A stretch of 64,000 nucleotides of DNA, taken from the NCBI GenBank assembly GCA_965655095.1, contig OZ296650.1, forward strand, positions 109,864,001-109,928,000, read 5' to 3'. The position numbers and the translations under genes were made by a program. The notes beneath the pieces were generated by a model. That model saw nothing but the letters and a program-made list of their open reading frames with translations. It searched no databases and was not told where the DNA came from. Source of the stretch: Haplodiscus bocki. Lineage: Eukaryota. Below, one piece after another: positions 1 through 13,981 of this stretch (positions are counted from its first letter, which is position 1; every line of letters starts with the position of its first letter).

Positions 1-152
1 GGCCACGTGGAAATATTTTTGCAACTGGGCGGGAGAGCATGAACGAAAATCCAGGCAACATTAGAATGTAGGCAAACATGCGAGTAATGAGCAGATCAGA
101 ATAAAAAAAGAATCAGAAGCCTGTGCAATAACACTTGCTTGTGTAAGTTTGA
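1..152 (-). mobile_element. HINE-like element, family 2 (copy A, truncated by the window edge)
   Basis: Diverged direct repeat of 743-882 (gccacgtgga...gagagcatgaac...ggcaacattag...aacacttgcttg). Confidence 0.65.
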
Positions 153-496
153 ACAGTGCCAGTATAATATTCCAGCAGCCAGATGCTCAAAAAGTACCAC
201 GAGTGAAATCTCCGGCGATTACCTATTTTTGTTTAAAAGCTAAAAAGAGAAAAAAAACTGAGTCCTAGATGGAAAAAACTCGCAATTATCCGACCACTTT
301 TCCTAGTCTTCAACCGTTTAACCAGCAATTTCTCCCTTCTATTTACCGCGTAAATAAATCCGTGCTCTTCAGGAAGGACTCTGGAAGAAAACAAATGGGA
401 CATATTAAACTCATTGACAAAACTACGCAACCAATGAAGAGATTCGCAAATCATGAAAACTTTTCGAGTTGCCCATCCAAACTTTTGCATATATCA

Positions 497-882
497 ACAC
501 AGAAGCGAAGCTGTGCTTCAAAACACGGAAGACCAGTGAGCAAATCAAAGCAGTGTATCTGATTTTCAAAGGGGCCACGGTACTACGACAACTGAATAAG
601 AATTGAACAGAAATCTAATTAACTCAATCAATTCTTGTAACTTTACATACAAGTTTAGTAAGTGCATCAGCTATAGCAGTTACTTCGCCTTATATTTATT
701 TGATAGGCAACAAAACGTGCCAAACGTGCAGGTTAGAAAATATGCCACGTGGACGAATTTTTGCAAGAAAGCGAGAGAGCATGAACAAAATCTAGGCAAC
801 ATTAGGACCTAAGCTCAAATGCGAGTTGCAAACAAATCGGAGAAGAACCTTGTAATGTAACACTTGTTTGCGCAAGTGTTGA
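497..882 (-). mobile_element. HINE-like element, family 2 (copy B)
   Basis: Left hairpin acagaagcgaagctgtgcttc, right palindrome aacacttg-tttgcg-caagtgtt. Colinear similarity with 14933-15352 and with 1-152. Confidence 0.6.
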
Positions 883-2749
883 AAATTAATCAAGATGAAA
901 GACATTTATAGAAACACTACACCAACCAGACTTCTGTCAACAGGTTTTTGAAAAAGTCGAAACGAAACAAGAACCTCTAACAGTGTCCGATCCTCGGAAA
1001 ATTGATAAAATTGATCAGTTAGACATTTTTTTCTCAGATTCGCTATTTTGCAGCGCAATGTTTAAACGACTGATACAGTAGTCAAGGCCAAGAATTGAAC
1101 AATGCTAGGAGTTCTAAAGAAACATTAAATGAGAAATTTTCGAGCTCTCAAAATGGCCAAAAAATATTCAACAAGATGTCAAAGCAACTTCAAATATTTT
1201 TTTTTCAACTCCGATGTCTTGTTTACTAATAAAAACCGCTTTGATAGCTCAAAATTTATACATGTACCGTTTTTTGGAGACGCTTAATACCTTTGCCCAC
1301 AGTATTTTAGGTGGTGGAGAGAAAGCATAGAGAATAAGGAGAAAACTTGGAACTAGCATCCAAAATTTTTCAAAAAAAAAAACGTTGGGGAGTTGAAAAT
1401 CGTGCTTGGTATTTTTCTGCTCGAAAGTGAAACAAGATTAATATTGGTATCTGCTGTATGTTGAAAATTTGTTGGATCTGCATTTCCGGCTCTCTGGTGC
1501 TTTGCTATGTTCAACAAAATTTTTGATACGTTCTAGGTATGCATCGTGCATATACTTTGTTGGTAAAAAAAACGTCGGTTAGTGAAAATTTATACTCAGT
1601 GAGGTTTTCCAAAACTGAAGTCCCGACTAAAAACAACCGACACTTCAAAGAGGGTTGACAAAATGCCCAAGACGAAGCTTTACCCCAAAATGAATCCGCT
1701 CCAATTGATGCGTTGCGACTTGCTAGTTCTGGATTATCAATTAGAAAACATAGGCGCAACTAGCTTTGCCCAGTGGCTTCGATTAATAAGTAAAAAAGCG
1801 CTGAATTATAGCAGATCATTGAATATGTGGTAGTGTAGCATTTTGAATGCAGAGAAAAAAGTTAATTAGCAAAAAATGCTAGAAAACTTGCGAAAAATGC
1901 GATTTACTCATTTTTGAGCAGAACACATGCCTTGTGGGCGCCCACAAATTGCACTCTGCCGGTGGTTCAACAAATTTTGTTGCTAAAAAGCGTTGAGCAA
2001 AAACATATTCATCCTCGCTAATTGCCTGCTTGACTAACTGCTTCATAGATACGCTGACAAAAGCAACAGATTGAGAAAAACCCATTAGGCCCCACTTTTC
2101 GCGGAAAATACGTAATCTCAGAAAAGTTTCCGCTTCTAAAATTCCAGGTTAAACAGTCGTCTTAGACTCTGTCTCGGGTCGCCAGTTTGTCTATGAGTAC
2201 CTGGGTAAAAAAAGTTCAAGACATAGTGCAACAAAGTTTGGCTAAAATCGTCAAAAATTCTTAGAGAATGACGACCACTTCCTGCTAGAAATATTGCCAC
2301 TATAAGTCGCAAACATACCTATAATCCAAATAATTCCAGCTTAAAATGTATTGCAAAGGTACAATAGCTTAAAAGGTACAAAGCCGTAAAATGTATAATA
2401 GGGGCCAGACGTGGATCACAAGAACATTTCTTGAGAAAGTTTTGAAATTTGGTAAATTTTGGGTGTTTGAAAACGATAAATTGTCGGAAATACTATACGG
2501 CAAAACTATGCTTGAGTGATACCCGAGCTTTTGGTGTAGGAAAAATGAGACTGAGTACAGTGGTCTGGGATATATGGGCAGTAAAAGAAACAGTGTAACT
2601 GTATCTGCAAAAAGAACACGAACACGAGGCCATTTTCGCTTCATTCAAAGCGCTTTAAAAGAAAACTAGAAAAAAACTAGCTGCATTGAGTCAACAGTAA
2701 GTACAGTAAGCGTTCCATTGATCCCTAAATGACTAAACAATGTTTCTTT

Positions 2750-4800
2750 ACGTGAACACGACATATCAAAGAAATTTTATGAAACTTTTGGGGATTTTGA
2801 AGTTTCAGTTCTCGAAAAGAAAAACGCCATAATTGGCTCCACTTAACTCATTTTTAATGACTATCAGATTTAAATCTTAGATGAAACAACTTGAGCGAAT
2901 AGCTTAGGAGAAAAACCCACTGGAAGACGCCCAAAATCAACATAATATGAGGCTTTTGGTGATTTTGAAGTATGACTTCTCAAAATAAAACTGAAAAGCG
3001 CAATCAGAAGTAAGCCATCAAAATCACTTTCATTATAAACGGAAAATTGTTTTCCCACAATTTTATGGCTAATGTAGGAAAAAAACAGCAATATCACTAC
3101 CTGAGATTTTACACCGGATGGAAAAAAAATGTTACTTGGTTTTGAAAAAAAAATGGAAAAGAAACATTTTCTACATGAAGCGACGATCGACCCCCAGATG
3201 ACGAACGATTTTTCTATGACATACCAACAAAAGTAGCCAAAACGTACAAAAACTGCACCATATCACAACTCTTTGATATGTCAATCAATTCCTAAGTGCC
3301 CAAAAAACTGTGCGCGTAAAATGGTCAACTCAAATTGAAGACAAAAGAGATCGAAGCATCACATCATGTTTCAAATTGCCTCTTTGAATTACCAATCAAG
3401 TTCTCTAGCAGATGCAACAGACTTGAAACTCAAATACAGAGGCTAAAAGGAACTTCGCATCACATTCTGATTTTCAAATAAAGTTCACAAAAAACATCTG
3501 ACAGAACAAAAAGTTTGCGATAGAGACCTCAAGGGAAGAATTCAAGGCGGGAGCTTCAAAAAAATAGTTTGAAATCGACAAAATAACAAACACAATTGCA
3601 CTTTGCGGCCAATCATGAAAACTCTGTTGCTTGGGCCAAAACCAAATAAATTCAATTCGAAGACCCTTTTACAGATGAAAACCTGTCAAAAAGTACCTTG
3701 ATGATTGGAGTTAAGCCAATAATTATGGAGAAAACTTAATTTGAAAATCTGCATAAATCATTATCAATACCATTTTGGCTTTCTTCAACAATCAGCATTC
3801 CGATGCAAGGATCAAGATCCACGATTTTTTTAACGAACAATCGTCCTCGAGTACGAAGCTGTTGATTGAAAACCGAGATCTGTAAAAATTGCAACCTTTT
3901 TAGCAACTTTAGGCCGCCAGGAGTAGGACCCAAAGGAAAAAACACTTTTCTTGAAATGGCCTCCTTCTGTGAAAAACTAATGATTGAAAACATTTCAGGA
4001 GGAGTGCAGCAGGTGATGCAGGAGATACAAAACTGATTGTCGAGAAATGTCAGCGTTATCAGTACTCCTTCGAATATTTCGACTATCAGGATTCCGACAA
4101 AAGAAAACAACCGGAAAATTTTAATTGTCATAGTCCTTTACAAACAAAAAGCTGCTGATAGAGAGAATGATAGAACAAGTCAAGTCAAAATTTGATGAGA
4201 AATGAGCATTTGAAAAGTAAGAAACCTCATAAATAATACATTTTGCACTATCAGGATTACCACGGAAGGAACCAAATGGATTAATTTTCTTTTGAATAGT
4301 TTTGTTCGGAGAAAGAGCTGTTATTTTAACCCTTCATGACAAAAGTTTTGGAAAAACTGAGTTTAAAAACAGATCTGTCGAGCATTTTCTTTGAAACGTC
4401 CTCCTCAAGTATCATACTGTCGATTGAAACGTTTGCAGGAGCAGTGAAGCAGGTAGTTCTGAAGAAGAAAAAACAAATTTGAATTGAGATATGTCAAAAT
4501 TATCACCAGATTCCGAAGAAATGAAGAAAATCGTAAAACTTCCCACCGAAGAATCTTGGTCAAAAAGAGCTGTCACTTGAACCCTTGACGCAATAAGTGA
4601 CGCCCGTAGTTCAAATAATAGAAGTTTAACACCTGAGATGTAAAAATTGAAACCATTTTTGGCATTTTCGGACTGACAAGATTGGGACATAAACAGAAAC
4701 TTGTTAGATTGTCTAGAAATGACCTCCTCCGGTGACGAGCTGCTGACCTTCCCAGGAGAAGCGTAGCAGGAGTAGAAAAATGATTTTTAATGTTGAGATA
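2750..4800 (+). mobile_element. Highly decayed Gypsy-type LTR retrotransposon pol remnant (RNase H + integrase)
   Basis: Ordered degenerate motifs ADAT (~3410), FASHS (~3455), TEQK..DRDL (~3505), FTD (~3670), IPTKENNRKILIVI (~4090) and FALSGLP (~4245). No LTRs recognised; boundaries are approximate. Confidence 0.5.
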
Positions 4801-6599
4801 AGTCAAAAATATCAGCACTCCTTGAAATTTTCCCGGTATTAGGAATCCGAGAGCAACAAAAAATGATTATTTTTTGAAAAGTTCTGCGCAAGTGAAAAGC
4901 TATGGATATGACCCTTGATGTCAACGTCAATTTTTTTTTTCGGAGACGTATGAGTTCGGAAATTTCAGGCCAGTCAGCATACGGATGAAAATAAAATTCC
5001 TTTTGAAAAGCCCTCAAAATCAGGCAGTTGACTGAGACCCAGACGAAAGAATTCAACTGGGTTGTTTTGACGAAAAGTGAATCTCAACATCCAAAATATT
5101 CAAAAAATACTCTTTTTAGCATGCAGTCACCACATAACGCAGTGTTCCAGGAAAAACATTTTTCAAGTTATTTCAGTTCCTAGGGAGCCAAAGAAGCCAA
5201 AATGACACAAAAAAGCAAAAACGTTCAACTAATTGTTTTCATATCTAAATTTTTGAGAAAGATTTTTACATTTCGTCAGCTTTTTGAAAACTTGAAAAAA
5301 AACTCCCCGCAAAAAATGGAAAAACAACTACTATTTTTAGTTAGGTAGGAAAAAGTAGAAATTATGAAAAGATGACCGATTTATCAAAAAAACTTAGTGA
5401 GAGAAAACCTGGAAAACTAAATATTAACAGAATATTGTAGAGGGATTGGAATTTTAGAAAACCATCGGTAAAAAAACTGAAGCTTGAGCCAGGATACTTA
5501 AAAAATCTCGGAAAAGTTCACATTTGAAAAATCTGCAGTAAATCCTCAGAAAGCCGGAAATAAATCTCTCTGAAGTGAAAAGGACCTTTCCTCGAAGATG
5601 ACAACAACGCCGAAGAATATTTAAAAAACATCCGACTGCAGTGGAGTTCGGACCCGGACTTCTGTTGTTTGAACCTCGTCTTTTGCCTATAATCTATACA
5701 TAGAAGAAGTCAGGTGGTACCTCGATATATTGAAGAAGTTACTTGAGAAAACTAACACACAACTGTCAAACGAGCAGAGAAAAACTGCAATCTACCCGTC
5801 CAGTGGAACTTCTACAGCGAACAAGTTCGTCTCCGGAAATTTTCGAACGTCTTCTTGTTTCATCGGTCTTCGAGCGAAAATTTCGTAGCAGACACTGCTT
5901 TCTGCGTATCCGGACGAACAATTTGAGCGAATAATTATTTTCGAGTTTCGCAGTTGACGCAGACAAAAGCGGCGAATGACCGGAGAAAGTAGAGTACACA
6001 CTGAGGGATTGATTTTCCTTTCGTCACATATTACGACGCAAAGTAATATTGAAGTTGCAGCAACATTCAAGGAAAATGATTTGGTACATCAAAATACCAA
6101 AAAAATCAACGCACCTTGAGTTCGAAAAATGGGCCCTAGGCGGGGATGGGACATTAAAGCGAGTTAATTATAAGATTATTGATTTTTTCTTTCCATTTTC
6201 AACTGTCTGCGAAAAAACCCACAAAAAATCGATTAAACTCCAACAACAAGCGCTAAGAAATTACATTCGTGATACCCACCATCCATAATCAGAAAACGGC
6301 AAAAATTTCGATAGCTTTGCGTAGACGCTGAAAAGATACATCGAAAAAAATTGCAAAACCCCTGTTCCTGGCTTGTTGAAGTTGAGTTACCAATACTGCC
6401 TGCACTTCCCGAATTTAACAGATTTGAATTTTTCCAAATTTGACATTGATGGCGAATAATCAAGAGGCGTTTAACCCAGAGTGCCTAATTTATTTTTTAT
6501 TGGGTAATTAAGCGGCGGTTAATTGAGAGGGTTAGTATGCACCTTGGCAATATTCAGGTCTATGGCGGATAAATAGAGTCCTGAAAATTCTCAGTTTAA

Positions 6600-6870
6600 A
6601 ACATTATAATCTTGATGTTTAAGGCGGGAAATCTAGAGGCGTTGGAAAGAAACTGAACTGCTGTACTTAAACATGTTATATTCAAGCAACGTCAGCAGTT
6701 GTACATTACCAAGTTAAGACAGTAGCAAGGGGTTCATAATTTCTCAACTTTACAACTAGCTTACAATTGGACGTTTCAAATGTCTGAAAAAACATCGAGT
6801 CATGTCCCTATTGCATCGAATTGCTCAGTTTTCGATATTTTACAGAAGAATTTCATTCCAATCAATCTTT
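6600..6870 (+). repeat. Dispersed ~260 bp repeat (copies also at ~8980-9240 and ~52895-53150)
   Basis: Shared start ttga(c/t)gttta(a/t)ggcgg(g/a)a and shared end gaaaa...gtcatgtc.ctat..tatc.aat in all three copies. Confidence 0.65.
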
Positions 6871-8227
6871 CCAATCGGCACATGGACGTTTGAAAATGTA
6901 TTTTTCGGTATTCTCAAGACATAATACTGAGGCGATTCAATCAAGCTTTCGACTGCCTTGTGACATTATGCGGTTTCTGCGCAATAGTCTGGGGGTTCCA
7001 CGTTTTTGCTGGTAAGCATGTGTTACACAAGATTCAAAAGAGCAGTACACTATATCTGAAAATTTCTGCAATTTTTAGAGAATTTTTAGGCCATCTCCAT
7101 CTGGCAGAAAAAAAGTTTTTCTTGCTTTGAATGTACTAGGTTACAAATTATTGGCAAACTGCTTTTTAATGAAAGATAGGCGAAGCGAATGAATTGAGAA
7201 AATACTGCTCAATTTTCAACTGTCTGGAAAGTAGCCTCCATAAAAAATCAATAACTACAACAAAAAGTGCTAAGTTGAACATTCAGAAGAATACAAAACT
7301 GATTCAAATTCACAGAACGACGCATAAAGTTGAGAATTGTCAAAATGTCAGATATCTTGACTTTGCAACTACTAGAAAGCTCATCGGATTACATTACTTA
7401 TCATCCATGACGACAATAATAATAATAAAACCAATAATAATTCCGCCATACGTTAAAAGAAGCCAACTTGTTAAGGTGTAACAGTTAAAAAGAATAGCCA
7501 TCCTATAGATTCGAATAAAAACGTTGACCCACTAAATTGACCAACTATATCAATGAAATTCTTTTTGCACATGATAGAAAAGTTCAGAACCATTAACAGC
7601 TTGCCAAAAAACTTCCATTCAATGTTTGACTTTGTTCAACTATTGAAATGGACAAATTCCTTACACAGACAAACCGATTTCCGTAGCACAGGGCTATGAA
7701 ACAATACGCTAAAGCTATCTACCAGTTAAAATTATCTATAAATATTGGGCTTTTAATTGAGCCCACGATGAAACAAATTACAGGAGCAGTTGGAGAAAAC
7801 CGCCTAAAAATTGAGAATTGACATTATCTGTCTTCTTCATAGCATTTGGAACCAAAGGTTTCGAAAAGAACAAGCAAAAATCACAGGCTTGCTACAATAA
7901 CACTATTCTACGCGGAATAACGTTTGCAGTCAGTCTTAGATGAACATTGAATGGGTATTTTACAATTGAAAAAATTTTGAAAAATGACCGAAAACGACAA
8001 TCAGGCAAACTATTTTTCAAAATCTTTCGACTATCATGAACAGAAAATGCAACATATTCTCAGAGTGAAAGTGTCAAAAATTCGTGATAGCCCCTTGTAT
8101 AAAATCATAAATTTCCGAGACAACAAAGACATGAAAACGCATGATGACTTTGCACTTATCAAAAATTTCATAGTGATGATGCCAAAACTGATGTAAAAGA
8201 ACACAGCTACCGTCAGCAGCAGCTCAC

Positions 8228-8329
8228 GCAAACAATGGAACTTAGTGATGCAGGCATGAAAGCAAAGGTAGATGTAAAGCAAAGGTACAACTTTACAATT
8301 TTGACGCTTTGCAATGAACTAACAGATGT
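8228..8329 (-). CDS. Candidate TM6-like exon of the GPCR
   Basis: Junctions ttttttcag|ACA...TGC|gtgagc; 102 nt, phase 0-0, compatible with the 14343 exon. TSVSSLQSVKIVKLYLCFTSTFAFMPASLSSIVC resembles TM6 (KxxK...FxP), but the spacing is imperfect. Confidence 0.3.
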
Positions 8330-10999
8330 CTGAAAAAAGTCACAACATGGCTCTATAATATCGAATACCATCGGCTCCGATATGAAAAAAATCGGCATTC
8401 CGTACTTTTTAGTCCGCGCGTGCGACCAATCCCGACCGTGGCCGCCATCCTGTCGTCGAATTGAACAAGTAACCGCGTGTGAGCCGGAAAGATCGAATGT
8501 CCCACCAGTCATTCTCAAAAATAAAAACAGAAAATACTGCACAAAACTTCAATGTGAATTTTTTTGCGAGTCCAATCCTGCCAAATACTTTAAAATATGA
8601 GATACACTCGAAAAATTTGTGATACTCCTTGCATAAACTGCAAATGTCCGAAAAAAACATGGCAGAAATTACGCGATAACTTTGTGTATACCCAATAATT
8701 TTACATTGGTAAAACCGAAACAAAAGTTCACGTAAAAATCCTTGCTGGAGCCAAAAAATTTCATCTGCCAGCGCCGTTCACATCACTGTCTCCAAAAAAT
8801 ATTGTAGGTTGAGTACGTACAAAAAGTTCTTCACAACAACGAACATAAATTTAGGATTTTCCTTTTCAAATTCATGTTCGGGAATTGTTCAATTTATATT
8901 GCAAAACAGGTAAGCTACTTTATGGTAAAGCATTTTATGTTTATGCCGAATAATCAAGTGCAGGCCAGTCAAGAGTGGTGAATTTTGACGTTTAAGGCGG
9001 GAAATCGAGTGGCAGTTAACAAAGTAAAGTACAAGTAACTGAATATACTTACTATATGTAATAACTGCATTTAACTACATGTTACAAACTTGATTACGGG
9101 CACCACATATGACGTTCAATGCAGCGAACAAGTTTCAATTGAAGTTTAAATTTCGTCGATTTAGAAGTCAGAAAAAAGTCAAGTCATGTCACTATAATAT
9201 CTGATTCCTTCGGCTTCAATATTAATAAGATAATCAAACTCAGGCCAGCTCTTGGTTAACCGCTACCTTCGGTTATCCTCCAACGTAATTGCTGAAAGAA
9301 TTCTAACGACAAACAGAGGAATTACCGCAGGTGCCTTTGATACGATGAATTTTTTTAGAAGAAAAACCAAAACTATCGAAAACATCAAGGCCTGCCCTTA
9401 CGAGAAGTTTAAAACTTGAACCACCCAGTCTTAGGCCATTGCTGGCTCGTAGTAATTTTCAAAAAAATTGAGCTTCCAAAATCAGCTGGTTCCAAAGTTG
9501 ATTCACGCGACTACCGTGGTAACCTATCTCCAGTGTTCTGAGAGAAAGCAGAAACAAAAGCAAAGCTTATTATGTATTACCTTAAGCTCCTTCTATTTTA
9601 CCCTGTAGTAGTCTCCGTGCACGTATCAAATTGCAGAACTTTTGGAGTATCGTCGACTTGATTAGTCTTCGAAAAGAAAAGTCACTATAACAGTCGGGCA
9701 ATTTTTCTTTTCAATGCCTTTTTTGAAGAATCAGAATCGGCAATTTCAATAGCCATGCATATTAACCTTCCCGAAAGTTCTCCAACTTCATTGCCTTCAG
9801 TCACATATTTGTGGACACAACTTTCAAAGTCAGTTGAAGACTCCGTATGCACTTCCGCAAACCTGAAATAAAACTCAAAAAATCTATTTGCATATTAAGT
9901 AGATTCATTCAAATCTAGAATTGGAAATTTTTGAGGCAAATTGACATTCTAATTCAATCGATCAAGTATTGTTGCGCTGAAGCCAGGAAAAGCTTATTTT
10001 CCAAATTTGATTTTTAAATCGTCATCTAAAGCTCGAGTTTTCCTTGCTGTCATCTTCTTTAGGTAATTCGACACTAATTGAAATGCCTGTCAAGGGAAGA
10101 GGCCAAAATCGCGAAAAATCACACGCTTCCATTTCCGACGTCAGTGCATCAAAAATCGGGTTACACTGTCACAACCAATAATCGATTCAACACACGTTTC
10201 TTTGTCGAATCTAAATGATGCACTTCATTTAGAATATATTCTCTTCCACCTATTTCAAGAGTTTCGAACCAGGTTTCAATACGGATTGGTATGAATGGTC
10301 AAAACAAACGTACACAGTCTCCATCTACTGATATTCCCATGTTTCCTCAAATAGCTAGACCTCATGGCAATATTCTGTTGAGATCGGTGATTACACATTT
10401 AACATCATGTCAGAATCATTTTATACCGAAAAAGTTTTACACAGTGATGATGCCAAAAGATTAGAACAAAGGTGCGGTTACCCGAGAATTGCATTGAAAT
10501 CCATTGTTATTCTCAACAGAGGGTTAAAAATCCAAATATATTTTCCAAGCAGGGCATAGGAATGTGGCTGTTAATCTTTCCGAAATGGGGATGGTGGTAG
10601 ATAATCAGCATTACCTATAGTAAGGGTATGCACAGGAAGGGGACCTGCATTATGAATCCAGGACGCACAAGCAAGAAAGCAAGGAGCCAGAAGCAAACAA
10701 AGTGCACGCAAAATCTGTATCCGTTTTTATGACATTACTTAATGCAATCGTAAAACAGACGCGGAGCTGTGCTTAGCAGACACTCGTGAACCAAAATAAA
10801 CTTCATGTAGACAGTTAGCAAAATATCTTGACTATAAACACAACTAACGAAAGCCGGCAAATTTTTGACATTCAAGTGCTGTACCTTCAAAAACCAACAG
10901 AATTTGCTCTGTTAGTCATTAAAAATTCAATATTACGTTGATCCATGGAAAATAACCGACACCTAATCATTATTCACCGCAAACACTTTGGACGAATAA

Positions 11000-13440
11000 C
11001 TCGGCAGAATCATAGAGAACTACTGGATAAGAAAAACACAAGAAAAAAGTTTCGATATTTAGTGCACAAACCGGAAGATTTCATGGGAAAAAATAGCTTC
11101 CAATGAACTTTGCGTTCAGCTTTCGAAGAGTGAAAATCACAGACGAACAGCAGGCGCGATCAGTTCTCTGGGCGAACAAAGGCCCTGAAGTGCTGTCTAT
11201 GCAGGTAAATAAAGCTAAAAGGAGCACTACCGAGAACAAACAATCAATCAATCAACAATTTCCCAATTTTCACGATCAGCATCTTAGGCTAATGCAAACG
11301 CTTCACTTAGGATTGCAGCGTAGCATCAGTTAATAGCAACACTGATTGTGAAAGCGGGTGGAATCTGGACTCCAATATATACAGAAAAACACAAAGTGAA
11401 GATCCCTTCTAATTATTCAGTCAATTGCGGGACTTTTTCTTTTGAGGAACGAGTCCGACTCAAAAGATAAGACAAAAACCTAAATTCACGTCCGTTTGAA
11501 ACAAAACATAAATATTTCTACAGCATCAACAGTAGTATGTCGGGATCGGTAGCCTTAAGTGGAAAATCTAAACACTGATTGAAAAACGAAAAAAAGAAGC
11601 TTCCAGATACAATTTGTTACACCCCGATCAATTCAGGCAATGTCTCCACTCTTATCGAGATTCATTTAACAGGTTCTAAGGATTCTGTGCTGTCGCCAAC
11701 TTATGAGAAGGCAGAAAAAATCTGATGCAAAGTCTTGAATGATGGAAGTTTAACTATGTGTTTCCGTGGAAACCCCGCATAAAGGAGCGGAATTCCCTTA
11801 AATTTGAGACACTTTTGCAGTCAACAGCAGGTATATGATTATTTGATAGTGGTTAACTTGGTCGAAATATTTTTGATTTATGTTGGAGTTACAGAAAAAA
11901 AAAGAGTTTTTCAAACTTTGCGATAGCCCCACATTAGAACATAGAAGTGCAAGCAGCAAGGACACTCGACGACTGTGGGACACAAATTGTGAGTGATTAC
12001 GTGGCAGTAACGAAGTACTTTACCTGAACTCAATACAGTAGCTTTCAAATCACTTCCAGCGAGAACAAGGTATCTCTCCAACTTTTCAGTGACACATCCT
12101 GTGCAACACTACCAGAGCAAACATATGACAATCTGCCCATTCTTCAAGTTTTCACAAAATTCGACTTTAAGTGGTACAATTTGCTGCCAATTTGTTGTTT
12201 CGACAAGATGACCTATGCGAAAAAACTTCCGTAAAAATCTTGCACCAGCAAAGCCTTTCAAAAATTCTGGGAAAACTATGAACCGTTTTCACGAAAGCTT
12301 CAAAAAAGTTTTAAAACCCCTCAAATTGAAAGCTTAGCGAAATGTTACGAAAAGAAAAAAACTTTTCTCCTACTAAAAGGAAACTATTAGGCCATTCTCG
12401 CTTTCACTTAAAACCTAAAAACCAATGAAGAAAGCATCCCCTGCATTCCTAACAAAATATAAAAATGAGAAATCCAATTAAGGCTGCAAGGAAGAATGCG
12501 ATGAATAGTGTTGAAGAAAAACGCTTCTGATGAAAGACCAAAGCAAAACTTCCCATCGATATGCACATTCCAAGCTAAAAATATATGCCAGGAAAAGTCA
12601 GACCAAACTTGAAAAAAAACCAACTCGACCGTTTACTAGAAACCCTTGGCAGCTATTATGTGAATCAGCACTGGATAGCCCCAATCAAAAATTTAGTCGT
12701 CAAGAAGAACAACGGAAGTACAAACATTTTTAATTATGCATTTACAAGTTGACATCCTTCAAAAAAAGTACCTAAAAGGTCATCCACGCTACTTCGCAGA
12801 TGCTTTAGTTAACGACTAATCAAATCTGCACTGGATGGACGGCATTGTAACACTACCGCTCAAGAGAAAAAATTCAAAGAAAGAAGTAACTGAAAACCTT
12901 TCGATTCACTGAATCACAAGCCACTTTGCGTCAAATGAAACTTTTGCTGATTCACTTGCTTCCGCACTTTATTAAAAAGGCCTTTCCAGTAGGCAAGCAT
13001 GCTGAAAATAATGCCACGTAAACAAATAATTCCAACAAAACGAAAAAGCATGAATAAATTCTGAGTGGATAACTGGCGATTTGCTCAAACCGGAATACAG
13101 AAGCAGCTCGAAAAACTCTTTTCATGCTCGCTGAAGGAAATACAAAGAAACAAAGCAGTGCTCGGTAAACACTTGCGAGCGAATACCTAGTTACTGGAGC
13201 CGTTAACAACATGTGGTCGACGTAAAGGTTACGCCAAATCCAACGAAATCAAACTTTTAAGACTCAAATTCCTGTACATTCGAAAACCAACAGAAGAGAC
13301 TGTGTTAGTGAATAAAAAGATTCGTGATTAAACAAACTTTCAGTTGGTGACACATGAATCGACATTTGTCTCCGAGAACACTTCTGACAAAAATTTAAAT
13401 TTGTTAAATTAAAGACGCAAAAATCGATATGTGGAGTACA
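11000..13440 (+). mobile_element. Highly decayed Gypsy-type pol remnant
   Basis: Ordered degenerate motifs RQDDL (~12205, YxDD-like), YAHSKL (~12560), FADAL (~12795) and FAQTGI (~13080). Many stops and frameshifts. Confidence 0.42.
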
Positions 13441-13450
13441 TATCAAGATA

Positions 13451-13981
13451 ACTCACAGGAAACAACGAAGAGACCAACTCTAGCACTGTGAATAACCTCC
13501 AAGAACAAGAAATTGAGTAATGACCTGATGGACGGAATGCAATGAATAAGTGTCAAAAAACTCTTCCTGCGAGACCAAATTGAAAAACTTTTGTTTTCCT
13601 GCGAGACCAAATTGAAAATGCGATGCCACTCACAGGAAACAACGAAGAGACCAACTCTAGCACTGTGAATAACCTCCAAGAACGAGAAATTGAGTAATGA
13701 CCTGATGGACGGAATGCAATGAATAAGTGTCAAAAAACTCTTCCTGCGAGACCAAATTGAAAAACTTTTGTTTTCCTGCGAGACCAAATTGAAAATGCGA
13801 TGCCACTCACAGGAAACAACGAAGAGACCAACTCTAGCACTGTGAATAACCTCCAAGAACGAGAAATTGAGTAATGACCTGATGGACGGAATGCAATGAA
13901 TAAGTGTCAAAAAACTCTTCCTGCGAGACCAAATTGAAAAACTTTTGTGTTCCTGCGAGACCAAATTGAAAATGCGATGCC
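13451..13981. repeat. Tandem repeat, 177 bp x 3, nearly identical copies
   Basis: Units start at 13451, 13628 and 13805. Each contains an internal duplication of TTCCTGCGAGACCAAATTGAAAA. Accounts for the repetitive 187-aa minus-strand ORF. Confidence 0.97.
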
